Origin: Pseudomonadota bacterium
GTDB lineage: Bacteria > Bdellovibrionota_F > JAHFAK01 > JBDREC01
Length of the DNA: 48,256 nucleotides
Direction: 5' to 3'
Assembly (NCBI GenBank): GCA_043820105.1
Contig: JBDREC010000027.1
Span: 1 to 48,256, forward strand
In this document: one piece after another, positions 1-9,500 of the stretch
Position numbering within the stretch: position 1 is the stretch's first letter
Layout of the letters: the number at the start of each line of letters is the position of its first letter
Notes under the pieces: model-generated
The model's database searches: none
Seen by the model: only the letters and a program-made list of their open reading frames with translations
Told to the model about the DNA's origin: nothing
Made by a program: the position numbers and the translations under genes

Positions 1-260
1 AAATCTATCTGCTCCCAATAAAGATTAGCACTATTAAATGTGGCGTTATGTTCAACTAGCTTGCTTGCCCAATCCTTTCTTGCTTCAGGATTATAAACTT
101 TACTGCCTCCACATAAAATCCCTTTCATTCTAAACAAAGACTTTAAACGACACTTAGATCTTCTAATATCCTTAGTTACTTTAGAATAAGTATTCATTAG
201 TTCTCTAAATTCTTGTCTCCTTTTTTGAACAGGATGAACTACTTCCTTTAAACGATTAAA
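1..260 (-). pseudogene. IS110-family transposase fragment, 5'-truncated, runs off the window edge
   Basis: Manual translation of the minus strand: FNRLKEVVHPVQKRRQEFRELMNTYSKVTKDIRRSKCRLKSLFRMKGIL..., resembling the region just after the KTDxxDA motif of IS110 transposases. An in-frame TAA at 261-263 and no N-terminal DEDD domain upstream. Confidence 0.55.
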
Positions 261-371
261 TTATGCTTTTCTTGTTGATTTCTTCCTGTTTTGAATTATT
301 TTAAGTTTTATACTTTAACGATGTCTCAGAAAGTTCCTATGAATTTTACGGGGTTAAATTAAGGAAATAAA

Positions 372-1001
372 ATGAACAAGCTTATCCTTATATTTGCAAT
401 GTTTATTTTTCTAAATATCTTTGCACAAGATAAATTTAAAATATTTTCTCCTCCCAATAATATTGGATTTGGAAAAAGCTCTGACTGCACGGAGCTAATG
501 CCTTTTGTTGTTAACGGACCCTTGGTTGAAGAAGATGGATTTCCTGTTGGTGGTTATATAGACAATTTCAATATTAAAAAAGATTGGGCTGATCCTGCTT
601 TAAAATCTGGAAATTTTTCAATGCAAAATGGAATATTTGGAATGAAGGGCAATGGAACAATGTTTATGGTTAGCTATGAAAATAGAAATTCTGTTGAAAA
701 CATACGCTGGGCTTTTCAAAATGGGATGATGCTAATTATAAACGGAAATAATATTTGCAATCCCAATAGTACAAATAATCATTTTACACGCTCTGGCATT
801 GGTTTTCGAGCAGATGGCTCTTTCGTAGTAGTAATTTCTCTTGTTCCTTGTACCTTTTGGGAATTGGCCCAAACTTTACTTGAAAATGCTTGTACAAATG
901 CAATTTATTTAGATGGCGGGCCACCCGTTGGATATTCAAGCTTTAATCCTGATGAAAAGCTTGGCCTGCAAGCAGAATTAATCAAGTTACAATTTTTTTA
1001 A
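372..1001 (+). CDS. Secreted phosphodiester glycosidase (NAGPA/DUF2233)-family protein
   Basis: N-terminal signal peptide; motifs TRSGIG, ELAQxL and NAIYLDGG typical of the family; AAGGA RBS upstream. Confidence 0.75.
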   Translation: MNKLILIFAMFIFLNIFAQDKFKIFSPPNNIGFGKSSDCTELMPFVVNGPLVEEDGFPVGGYIDNFNIKKDWADPALKSGNFSMQNGIFGMKGNGTMFMVSYENRNSVENIRWAFQNGMMLIINGNNICNPNSTNNHFTRSGIGFRADGSFVVVISLVPCTFWELAQTLLENACTNAIYLDGGPPVGYSSFNPDEKLGLQAELIKLQFF

Positions 1002-1275
1002 ATAATAAATCTGTAGTTTCAATTATCTTCCTGCACTTCCCCCACCTACACTAGCAACAGCGGTTACACTTCTCTGTGTACTATCATCTACCTCACTTGA
1101 CGGTGTTTTAAAACCTAATACATTGCTTGTACCATGTATGGTAATTGATATTAATCATAAAATTTTGTTCTTTAAATTTCATGATGTTGACTCTGATTGA
1201 GCTTGATGTTTTACGATGGAGTTTATTATTATTTATTTATTCATTTATTTATTATTTTATAGGAAATTGATTATT

Positions 1276-2088
1276 ATGAAAATTAATATTTCAAAAAAAC
1301 AATATAGAACATTAATGAAACTATCTGCAATCAGTGAATTTGTTTTAGAAGATATAGAAGATGTAGAATTTAATAAAGACATTAAGGATACGATAAATTA
1401 CATGGGGTCCTTGGCAAAAGAATTTGGTGAAGAAAACATTATTTGTAAAGATGATCATGAAAACTATTATTTTAATGATGATTATTTTGAAGAAAATTTA
1501 CTTCCATTTATAGAAGATTTTGAGGAATTTTCCTTTTGGGAAGAGCTGGGATATAAGTTAGGCAAAAGAGATGCTATTTTAGAACTTGGTGAAAAAGCAA
1601 AAAGGAAAAGAAATCAGTATAAAAAAATATTCCCATACCTTGCTGTTTTGAACCAGATTCTTTTACGTACAATGGACCAGCTTAAATATGATGGATCTGA
1701 TTTATCTTTTTTCAAAGCAAAAGAAAATTTAATCTATGGAATGATAAATTCAGATGAAAGACTAATGAAATTGGATGACAGTAATAATGTTTTAAATATT
1801 CTTTCTTTAATAGAAGAAGTAAAACACATATTAATTCAGAATAATAATATGTTTTTTGAAATGCAGGTGATATTAATAAATCTAGGGCTAAATAATATTA
1901 ACTTGAATTATTTTAAACTTATAGACCAGGTTCAGGCAGCAGATGAAATTATGTCAGAATTAGAAGGATTACTAGATAAATTAAACAGTGAATATGTCAA
2001 TAGGGTTCCCAATTTGCGTGAAAAAAGATTTAACGATATTCTTGTTGAGGAGCTGGAAGCTTTAAGGGAAAAAATATTTAGCGTATAA
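1276..2088 (+). CDS. Hypothetical protein, possibly chimeric
   Basis: ORF 1216..2088; ATG at 1276 (MKINISKKQY) follows AGGA and is the more plausible start. Acidic helical protein with no recognised catalytic motif. Confidence 0.6.
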   Translation: MKINISKKQYRTLMKLSAISEFVLEDIEDVEFNKDIKDTINYMGSLAKEFGEENIICKDDHENYYFNDDYFEENLLPFIEDFEEFSFWEELGYKLGKRDAILELGEKAKRKRNQYKKIFPYLAVLNQILLRTMDQLKYDGSDLSFFKAKENLIYGMINSDERLMKLDDSNNVLNILSLIEEVKHILIQNNNMFFEMQVILINLGLNNINLNYFKLIDQVQAADEIMSELEGLLDKLNSEYVNRVPNLREKRFNDILVEELEALREKIFSV

Positions 2089-2185
2089 AAAGATTAGATA
2101 GCCAATTTCAAGGAATCCTCAAGCCATGTCCTGATAATTTCATTTATATGGTACAAAACAATCTACAGGAGTCGGCGCTTACAAA

Positions 2186-2362
2186 TTAAATTGATAGATT
2201 CTCCTGGCATCTCGTTTGCAAAAAATCTTTCAACTTTGCGTCTAAATTACTTGCTTTGCTTTTATCTTGAAGAATAGGATAATTTGATAACTCTAAATAA
2301 TTGCTTAGAAACTTTACCCAATCTTCCATTTTCATAATTATCTGTTTTTCAGCTCTAATTAT
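2186..2362 (-). pseudogene. C-terminal fragment of a RhuM-family protein
   Basis: Manual translation IIRAEKQIIMKMEDWVKFLSNYLELSNYPILQDKSKASNLDAKLK... resembles the RhuM C-terminus (MxMxDWxxxLxxFL...IL...GKxS...AxxKA). The resemblance ends near 2228 and the N-terminal part is absent. Confidence 0.5.
2205..2220 (+). promoter_or_regulatory. Sigma-54 (-24/-12) promoter-like motif
   Basis: TGGCAT-ctcgt-TTGCA, with GG-N10-GC spacing; no downstream + strand ORF. Confidence 0.4.
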
Positions 2363-2370
2363 TTCGCGGC

Positions 2371-4722
2371 TTATTGTTCATCAACAAAGCTGTTAAGATA
2401 ATCAAGAACTTTCAAATATTCTTCCTGGATTCCCTTATCAAAAATTGAAATCCCAGGTCCTCTACTCGTCGAATAATATAGTTTTTTATCATGAAAGATA
2501 TTCATTGATGGAGAAGATAATGAAAAATTCATCATTGATAAATATTCCATATTAGAATTTATTAAATTTGAAAAATCCCTGTAATACATTGCATAAATAT
2601 CAATTTTTCCAGAAACCTTCTGGGCAATTTCTTTATAAAGTTCAACAACATTTCTATTTTTATCTTCTAATACTAGTAATATTGATAACTTATCGGCTTT
2701 AACAACAAGCTTTTCAAAATCCCAGACTTCAATCATTTTAACTGAATATGGATCCTGGCTTAATAATTGGCTAGCAGGTATTTGCATCAGATCTTCAAGG
2801 TGTGGATAAGTTTTCTTTTTCTCTAAAATCAATAGCTTATCACTTAGTTCCTGATAAAATTCAGATGCTAAAACTTGAGGCAATTTAGCTTCAAAAGCTT
2901 TCTTTAAAGCGAGTAATGAATAGTAATAAAGACCAAGAATACGTTCATCTAACTTATCAACTGATTGCTGCCAATTTCTAAAAAACAATGAGCTCATAAG
3001 AGAGGCAAAAAATTCATATTTATCATCTTGAGGATGCCCTCCCATTCCTGCTTCAAGAAAATTTTTCTCAGCCAAAGCATTAAAAAATGCATCATCTGAT
3101 GATTTTTTAATCTTAACAAAAAGATCTTTAAATTCTTCAAAGTTGCTAATGCCATATTGAAAATCTAGCACATGGAACATTTCATGGGCCAGAATAAACT
3201 CACCACCTTGATTAATTGTGTCAGCTATTTCATCCCAAATATAAACAACAGCTGGATTTCCAAATGATACGCAAGCATTACTTTGCAAAGAAGGAATGTA
3301 AATAAATGCCTTTACACAGGTACCAGGCTCAAATGATAACCACTTTTCCACGTCAAATGCAGTCTTTACAGCCTTTTCAAATATTGGCCCAAATTTTCCA
3401 AGTTGACCTTCCTTAATAAAGGAAAAAAGATAATATGGCTTTTCAGGGCTTGCCTCTAAAAGAGGCTGAAATAGCCTATAAGAGAAAAAATATGGAATAT
3501 CTTCAAGACCATATTTTGAAAAATCTACGCCATGGATAGAATAATCACTATTGTTAGCATGACTATCCATGTCTAAATTGTAGCCTGGAACCACGATAAA
3601 TCCCAAAAACAGTTCCTTGCCAGTTGAAATTTGAACACCAATATTTGTAAAAATTGCATTCCCATACTTATCAAAGTAAACTTGCCCTGCATTCTCTTGA
3701 TTTTCAACTAGATATTGGTATTTTTTCATAGTTTTTTTATTTTTAACCTGAATTTCTATATAATCAACAGGTCCTTTAATCTCTAGAGGCCCAAAGTCTA
3801 CTTGCCTCAAACCCTTTCGATCAAGTCTCAACTCTAAATCTATTCCAGCAAACATGTGCATCTGATTTCCTCTGTCAATGTCCTGATCTGCTTTTCTTGC
3901 TCTAACATAAATATTAAAATCATTGGATAGGTTTTTAAATTGCCTTCTTGCTGCTTTTTGATTCCCACTTAAATCCCTGGCCTTACCCTCATAAAATTGA
4001 AAAACTCTCATTTCTTTAAGCTTAGTGTCTTCTGCTTGAGTAAGTGCTGCTAAGCTTGCAACAGCACCATTAAAATCATAAGTTTTCCAAAAAGCTGAAG
4101 CTTCAGAAATTAAACTATCCACTGCTTCATCAAGGTTAATTTCACTTATTTTAATTGTTTTCCTAAAAACCTCCCTATTTTCAACCCAATTCCACATTAA
4201 AAGCTCAAAAGATTCCTCATTTTCACTAAGGTGCAGAGTAAGAAAAGGAATATTAATTTCAATACCCTTGTCTACTGAAGCCAGAGTATGGCCTTCAAAT
4301 AATTTTAGACTTATAGTTTCCATAAGAACATCTAAATTCAAATCACCTAGTTCATAAAATGGAATTTCAACACTGTCTACATATCCAGCATGGTCAAAAA
4401 ATATCACCCCATTTTCTTCTGAATTTTTTTCTCTAATTTTATCCACAAAAGGCTTATTTAATCCACGCATAAACTCATCTTCAAAAATTAAAGGAATTGA
4501 ATTATATTTAAGCATTTCATATTTAAAACCACGCAATCCTTTTAAAAGCAGGATATATTTTTCATTTCTTTCAGATAAATTCAAATCAGATTTTGAAGTC
4601 CCTATTTGCACTTCTTCTTGAGCAAATGCATTAAAACCAGACAAGATAAAAAGAAATAATATAGTAAAACAAATATTCCGCGAAAAATATCTTTTCATGT
4701 TTATCTGTATTTTCAATAGCAT
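2371..4722 (-). CDS. Secreted zinc metallopeptidase-like protein (HExxH) with a C-terminal thioredoxin-like region
   Basis: GAGGAG RBS; signal peptide ending AFA-Q; LAHEMFH plus downstream EFFA (gluzincin-type third ligand). The last ~120 aa resemble a thioredoxin fold without CxxC. Confidence 0.6.
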   Translation of the reverse strand: MLLKIQINMKRYFSRNICFTILFLFILSGFNAFAQEEVQIGTSKSDLNLSERNEKYILLLKGLRGFKYEMLKYNSIPLIFEDEFMRGLNKPFVDKIREKNSEENGVIFFDHAGYVDSVEIPFYELGDLNLDVLMETISLKLFEGHTLASVDKGIEINIPFLTLHLSENEESFELLMWNWVENREVFRKTIKISEINLDEAVDSLISEASAFWKTYDFNGAVASLAALTQAEDTKLKEMRVFQFYEGKARDLSGNQKAARRQFKNLSNDFNIYVRARKADQDIDRGNQMHMFAGIDLELRLDRKGLRQVDFGPLEIKGPVDYIEIQVKNKKTMKKYQYLVENQENAGQVYFDKYGNAIFTNIGVQISTGKELFLGFIVVPGYNLDMDSHANNSDYSIHGVDFSKYGLEDIPYFFSYRLFQPLLEASPEKPYYLFSFIKEGQLGKFGPIFEKAVKTAFDVEKWLSFEPGTCVKAFIYIPSLQSNACVSFGNPAVVYIWDEIADTINQGGEFILAHEMFHVLDFQYGISNFEEFKDLFVKIKKSSDDAFFNALAEKNFLEAGMGGHPQDDKYEFFASLMSSLFFRNWQQSVDKLDERILGLYYYSLLALKKAFEAKLPQVLASEFYQELSDKLLILEKKKTYPHLEDLMQIPASQLLSQDPYSVKMIEVWDFEKLVVKADKLSILLVLEDKNRNVVELYKEIAQKVSGKIDIYAMYYRDFSNLINSNMEYLSMMNFSLSSPSMNIFHDKKLYYSTSRGPGISIFDKGIQEEYLKVLDYLNSFVDEQ

Positions 4723-4965
4723 ACGAAAACTCCTCTACCTTTACATTGACTAATATCTTATATCCTAATTTATATTTTATCATAATTAATGAATAATCCA
4801 AAACTAATTATTAAGCCTAGATCCAAGTAATTCTAGCAATCAATATTAAGGAATTTATGAATATAATTTGTAAATTTATGAATAATATAATATAATGGAA
4901 ATATCATCATTTTGCTTGTGGCTAAAGTATCGGGATTATGGCTAGACTTGGGAGAAAAATTGAAA

Positions 4966-6462
4966 ATGAAATTTCTATATAAGTTAGTAATATTTTTTTT
5001 GATTTTTGCTATCTTTTCCTGCACGAAAAATGAAGCTGGTGATGATCAAAATCAATCAAATGAAAATGAAAATCTATCCACAATAACAGCCTACATAGAC
5101 TATGAAGATCTTTTAGAAAATGAAGACCTAATTAATTTTGATAATTCAATAACTTATGATTTCGCAGCATCTAGCTCCGGGATTATTTCGCCAGTCACCA
5201 TCCCTACTCCTGCTTTTTTAAAGGAAGTCAAATCTCCTCAATATAAATCAATAAAGAATAGTAGCCAAAATATCAATCCACTTTACTGGGTTGCAACAAA
5301 TCTTGATTTAAAAGCAGAAACTTTATCAAGTGATATTACAGCAAGTGATTCATGGATTACATGGGCCCTACCTGATGCATCAACGTGGATTGCATCTGTT
5401 TCTGTTGAGCAAAATGAAACCTTTAGACTTTATTTAGTCTCGCCTTCATGCATTGATCTTACTGATTGCTTACTAACACTCAATAAAGATTCAATTGTTG
5501 AATACGAATCATTTTATGGAGCTAAGCAATTTAGTGTTTCAACAATAAGCGACTATGATATTGGAACTTTATCACTTGATGCAAATTTTACAGAACCTGT
5601 CCTGGCTAGCTCTAACATTGCCATTTCACTTGATGGTTTTGAAGAAAAAGGCACACTGAATACCAATGCCCTGGCAATTTATACTGTTGAAAACTCAGGC
5701 AGCTATTATTCTGAAGCCACGTTATCAAATAGTAATATGGTTGAATATAATGAGCCAGCCTCTACTAATTCACAATTCCTTAAGTGCGATAGTGAAAATG
5801 AATATTACCTGACCTTAAGCCCTTCAGAAAATGCTAGCTCATTAATCAAAGATGAAACAATTAGAGCTATTTCTGTTTACGCATCCATTAAGGTTCATGA
5901 TAATAACAGTGATGAAACATATAAATATGTGCTTATTTCTGAATTTGCCTCTGAAGTTGAAAGTTTAGCTTCAAAACAGATGTTTAAAGTAAGATTACAA
6001 GAAGATCCTGATAATCCAGATGATTCATATTTAACAGTAAATATTCTTGAAAATACAACAATAAGTCTGGCGACTTATTTAAATGATAGCTCATATGCTG
6101 GGGCAAAGCTTGAAAAAGGCAAATGGTACTTCTTTGTGCTAACAATGTACTTTTTTGGTGAAGCCTCAAATAAAAAGATTGGCTCAGATCTTTATGTTTT
6201 TAATGAAGCAGGACAAGGCACCAGGGTAACTGGATATGAATCTATTGCAAATATCTCTAATTTTTCAGATTATGAATGGGCCGAAGCATTTTCTGTCTGC
6301 CACTTCAATCAAAATAATAATGGAGAAGCTTTGCAAGGTATCTCAGCTATTCCAAATATCTATCTGGATAATATTAATATTTATGCAAAAATCACCTCTC
6401 AAGCTCAAGCAACAAGTATTTTCAATATTGAAAAAGAAAAAGTTGCATATTTCAACAATTAG
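4966..6462 (+). CDS. Lipoprotein, paralog of 19017..20519, possible C-terminal LamG/concanavalin-like beta-sandwich
   Basis: MKFLYKLVIFFLIFAIFSC lipobox after a GGAG RBS (start moved from 4912); shared blocks with the 19017 ORF. Confidence 0.7.
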   Translation: MKFLYKLVIFFLIFAIFSCTKNEAGDDQNQSNENENLSTITAYIDYEDLLENEDLINFDNSITYDFAASSSGIISPVTIPTPAFLKEVKSPQYKSIKNSSQNINPLYWVATNLDLKAETLSSDITASDSWITWALPDASTWIASVSVEQNETFRLYLVSPSCIDLTDCLLTLNKDSIVEYESFYGAKQFSVSTISDYDIGTLSLDANFTEPVLASSNIAISLDGFEEKGTLNTNALAIYTVENSGSYYSEATLSNSNMVEYNEPASTNSQFLKCDSENEYYLTLSPSENASSLIKDETIRAISVYASIKVHDNNSDETYKYVLISEFASEVESLASKQMFKVRLQEDPDNPDDSYLTVNILENTTISLATYLNDSSYAGAKLEKGKWYFFVLTMYFFGEASNKKIGSDLYVFNEAGQGTRVTGYESIANISNFSDYEWAEAFSVCHFNQNNNGEALQGISAIPNIYLDNINIYAKITSQAQATSIFNIEKEKVAYFNN

Positions 6463-6509
6463 CACACCCCAATCTGCCCCACAGGAATTTCTTTGTTTTA
6501 ATTTATAGT

Positions 6510-6546
6510 TTGATGTTTTATTTAGAAATTAGTAAAATATTTACTA
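6510..6546 (+). promoter_or_regulatory. Sigma-70-type promoter with an overlapping palindrome, upstream of the 1956-aa regulator
   Basis: TTGATG(6510-6515)-17 nt-TAAAAT(6533-6538); inverted repeat TAGTAAA-ata-TTTACTA at 6530-6546. Confidence 0.45.
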
Positions 6547-6574
6547 TGTTTATCTCTAAGTTTGTGAGGGAATT

Positions 6575-9500
6575 TTGAAAGATATTATCTTAGATTATTT
6601 AAAGCACATTGAAAGCTTAGAAAAATATTCATTGAGTTCTATTAAGTGTTATGTAAAAAGGCTTAATGATTTAAAAATATTTTTAGCTAAAAAACAAGAA
6701 GTAGAGCAAATTGACTTAAATGATATTAAAGCTTTTTTAAAGAATCTTGAAGATAATAACACAGCAATTGGCACCTATAATCAATATGTAACATCTATAA
6801 AGGGCTTATTAAAGTTTCAAAGCAATATTCAAAAAACAAAAGATTTAAGCAAAGAAATAAAGGTGAAGGCTAGCGAGCAAATTTCAACAATTTCAAAAAA
6901 AGCTATTATCACTTTTTTAGAGAATATTAAAGACATAGAGGATACTAATAAAACACTCTTCCTTTTATATATTCTTACAGATATCAATTTAAAAGAAACA
7001 CTCAATTTAAAGAAAAAGGATATTTTAATAGAAGAAGGCCGAATAGGAATTAAAAAATCAGAAAAAAATGTATATTCTTATTATTTAATACATACAAATA
7101 AATATGGTGTTCGCTTAAAAAAGGAGCTTTCAATAATAATTGAAAAAACAAACAAATATTTATTTGAATCATCAAAAGCAAAACCCATGTCCCCTCCCCA
7201 TGTGAATTATCTTTTTAATAAATATAAGAAATACATCCCTGAGAACTGTGATTCAATAATGAAATTAAAATCATCTGAACTCTTTCTTGGAATAAAAGGA
7301 AAAGATATTATCGTAAAAATACCCGAAAACTACGAAGTAAAAAACTTATTGGCAGACGGACTTGATTGCAATCTTTATCATTGCTATGACCATACTAGAA
7401 AAATTGATCTGGTAATTAAAATAATAAATAATCCCAGCTATTCAAATGAATCTTTTCAAAGACTAAAAAATGAATTTACCTTATTAAAATCATTAAAACA
7501 TTCATCTCTTCCAAAGGTTTATGATTTTGTTCATAAAGCAGAAGAAAAACTGGCTTTTTTTACAATGGAATTCTTTGGACAAAAAGCGCTATCTTATTTT
7601 AAGAAAAAAGTTTCTGAAAAAGATGCCCTATTTATTCTTCATACTATGCTTGAACTTCTTAGCTATTTGAAAATAAATAATATAATTCATCATGATATAA
7701 ATCCTGCTAATATTCTCTTTAAAAAAACAACAAACAATACATATGAATTAAAACTTATCGATTTTGGCCTGGCTTCAAAAAAAGAAAGCTGCACATGCAA
7801 TTGCACAATAAAAGGAACTAACTACTTTATTGCTCCTGAGATTGTTTTTAATAAAAAAGCAACTTATAGAAGCGATATCTATTCGCTTGGAATCACTCTT
7901 TATAATATTTTATGCGAAGATTTTCCATTTTCAACAGAAAATCCTGACAAAATGTTAAAAGATATCAAAAGCAATAGTTATGTTTTATTAAATCAAAAAA
8001 ATAAAAAAATATCAGATAAGTTTTCTGATATAATTGCAAAAATGACTGTTTATGACCCTGACAAACGATATCAAAATGAAAATATCATAAAAAAAGAGAT
8101 CCAAACTTTCTTACAAAGTGGGGAGCTATTTGAAGATAGCAGTGAAAATGAAATCATAATCAGACTCCCAGACTATGTAAAAAAGAATGAAGAATTAGAA
8201 GAAATTATTTCAGACATGAATATGATCTATTCAGATGCAATTATTCATGCAAACCCACAGATTAATATCATTTCTGGAGAAACTTCTATTGGAAAAACAA
8301 GATTGATTTCCGAAATCAAAAATCAGGCTAGCTCATCTGAGATAAATATTTTTGAGTTTGATATTGAAAAAGAAAATCCTTTAGCCTGCATCCTTGAGTT
8401 TGCCTCAAAAAACAAAGAATTTAAAGTTGAACTATCAGAAAAAGAAGAATCAAATTTGAATTCATATTCTACTAAATTACAAATGAAACTAGCTTCAATT
8501 TTAGTTAAGGAACTTCAGGCACAAAAATCTATTCTAATATTTGAACACATCGCCTATTTTAAAAGAGCCTTTTACCCTTTTTTACGCTTTCTTGTTAAAG
8601 AACTTACATCAAAAAATGTTTCAGCACTAATTATATTTTCAATAAACACTGACCATGCAGACCCCAAAATCATCAATGATATAATTACACAAAAGCAAGA
8701 AGCAAAACTAAAAACCTCAATTATTCCCCTTGACAGGTTTGCAAAAAAAGAAATTAAATTATTTGTTGAATCTTCCTTAAATAAGGCAATTGAAACAAAA
8801 CTCCTTGATTACCTGGCACAAAACAGTGGTGGTAATCCTGGCCTTGTATTAATGATATTAAATAAGCTTAATGATGATGGAGCGCTTATAAATAAAAACA
8901 ATTTTATAAGCTTAAAAGAAGAAAACCTAGTTAGCTTTGAAAATAAAACTTTAGAAATTGCAAAAAATAGAATCAAACACCTAAAAACCCTCGAAAGAAA
9001 TATTGTATCTATTTTATCAATTATTGAAATGAATATTGGAATGGATGAAATCTTCAAATTGCTTTTATCACTAAATGCTAATGCAAGTGAAACTGAAATT
9101 CTAATTATTCTTGAAGAACTAATAAAAAGAAACTTTATTTCCCAGCTTGACATTAGTCCAAGTCAAAATAATATTTTATCAAATATCAAATCTTATTCAA
9201 TTCAAGATAAAAACATTAGCAACTCCATAGACCGCATACTAATAACAAAAGAAAAGAAAGCAATTCACTTATCAATTGCACAAATGCTAGAATCACATTC
9301 GAATTTTAACAATATTCCTAAAGAAAAGATAGCTCTTCATTATAAGGCTGCTGGTGACAAAAAAATAGCATATAAATTTTTTCTTTTAGCAGCAGAAGAA
9401 AATCTTTCTATCTTTAACCTTGAAAGATCTGTCTATAATTATAAAGAAGCAATAATGCAAATTGATGATATTAGTCAAAGCATAATTACTGAAAAGAAAA

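Noticed and set aside
261-371. IS110 bridge-RNA region
   Set aside because: The transposase 5' half and left end are missing; the sequence here looks like an AT-rich promoter for the next gene.
6575-7290. Active integrase marking a prophage or island
   Set aside because: Catalytic Arg, HxxR and Tyr are not recognisable, the domain is fused in frame to a regulator, and I saw no att repeats or phage genes.
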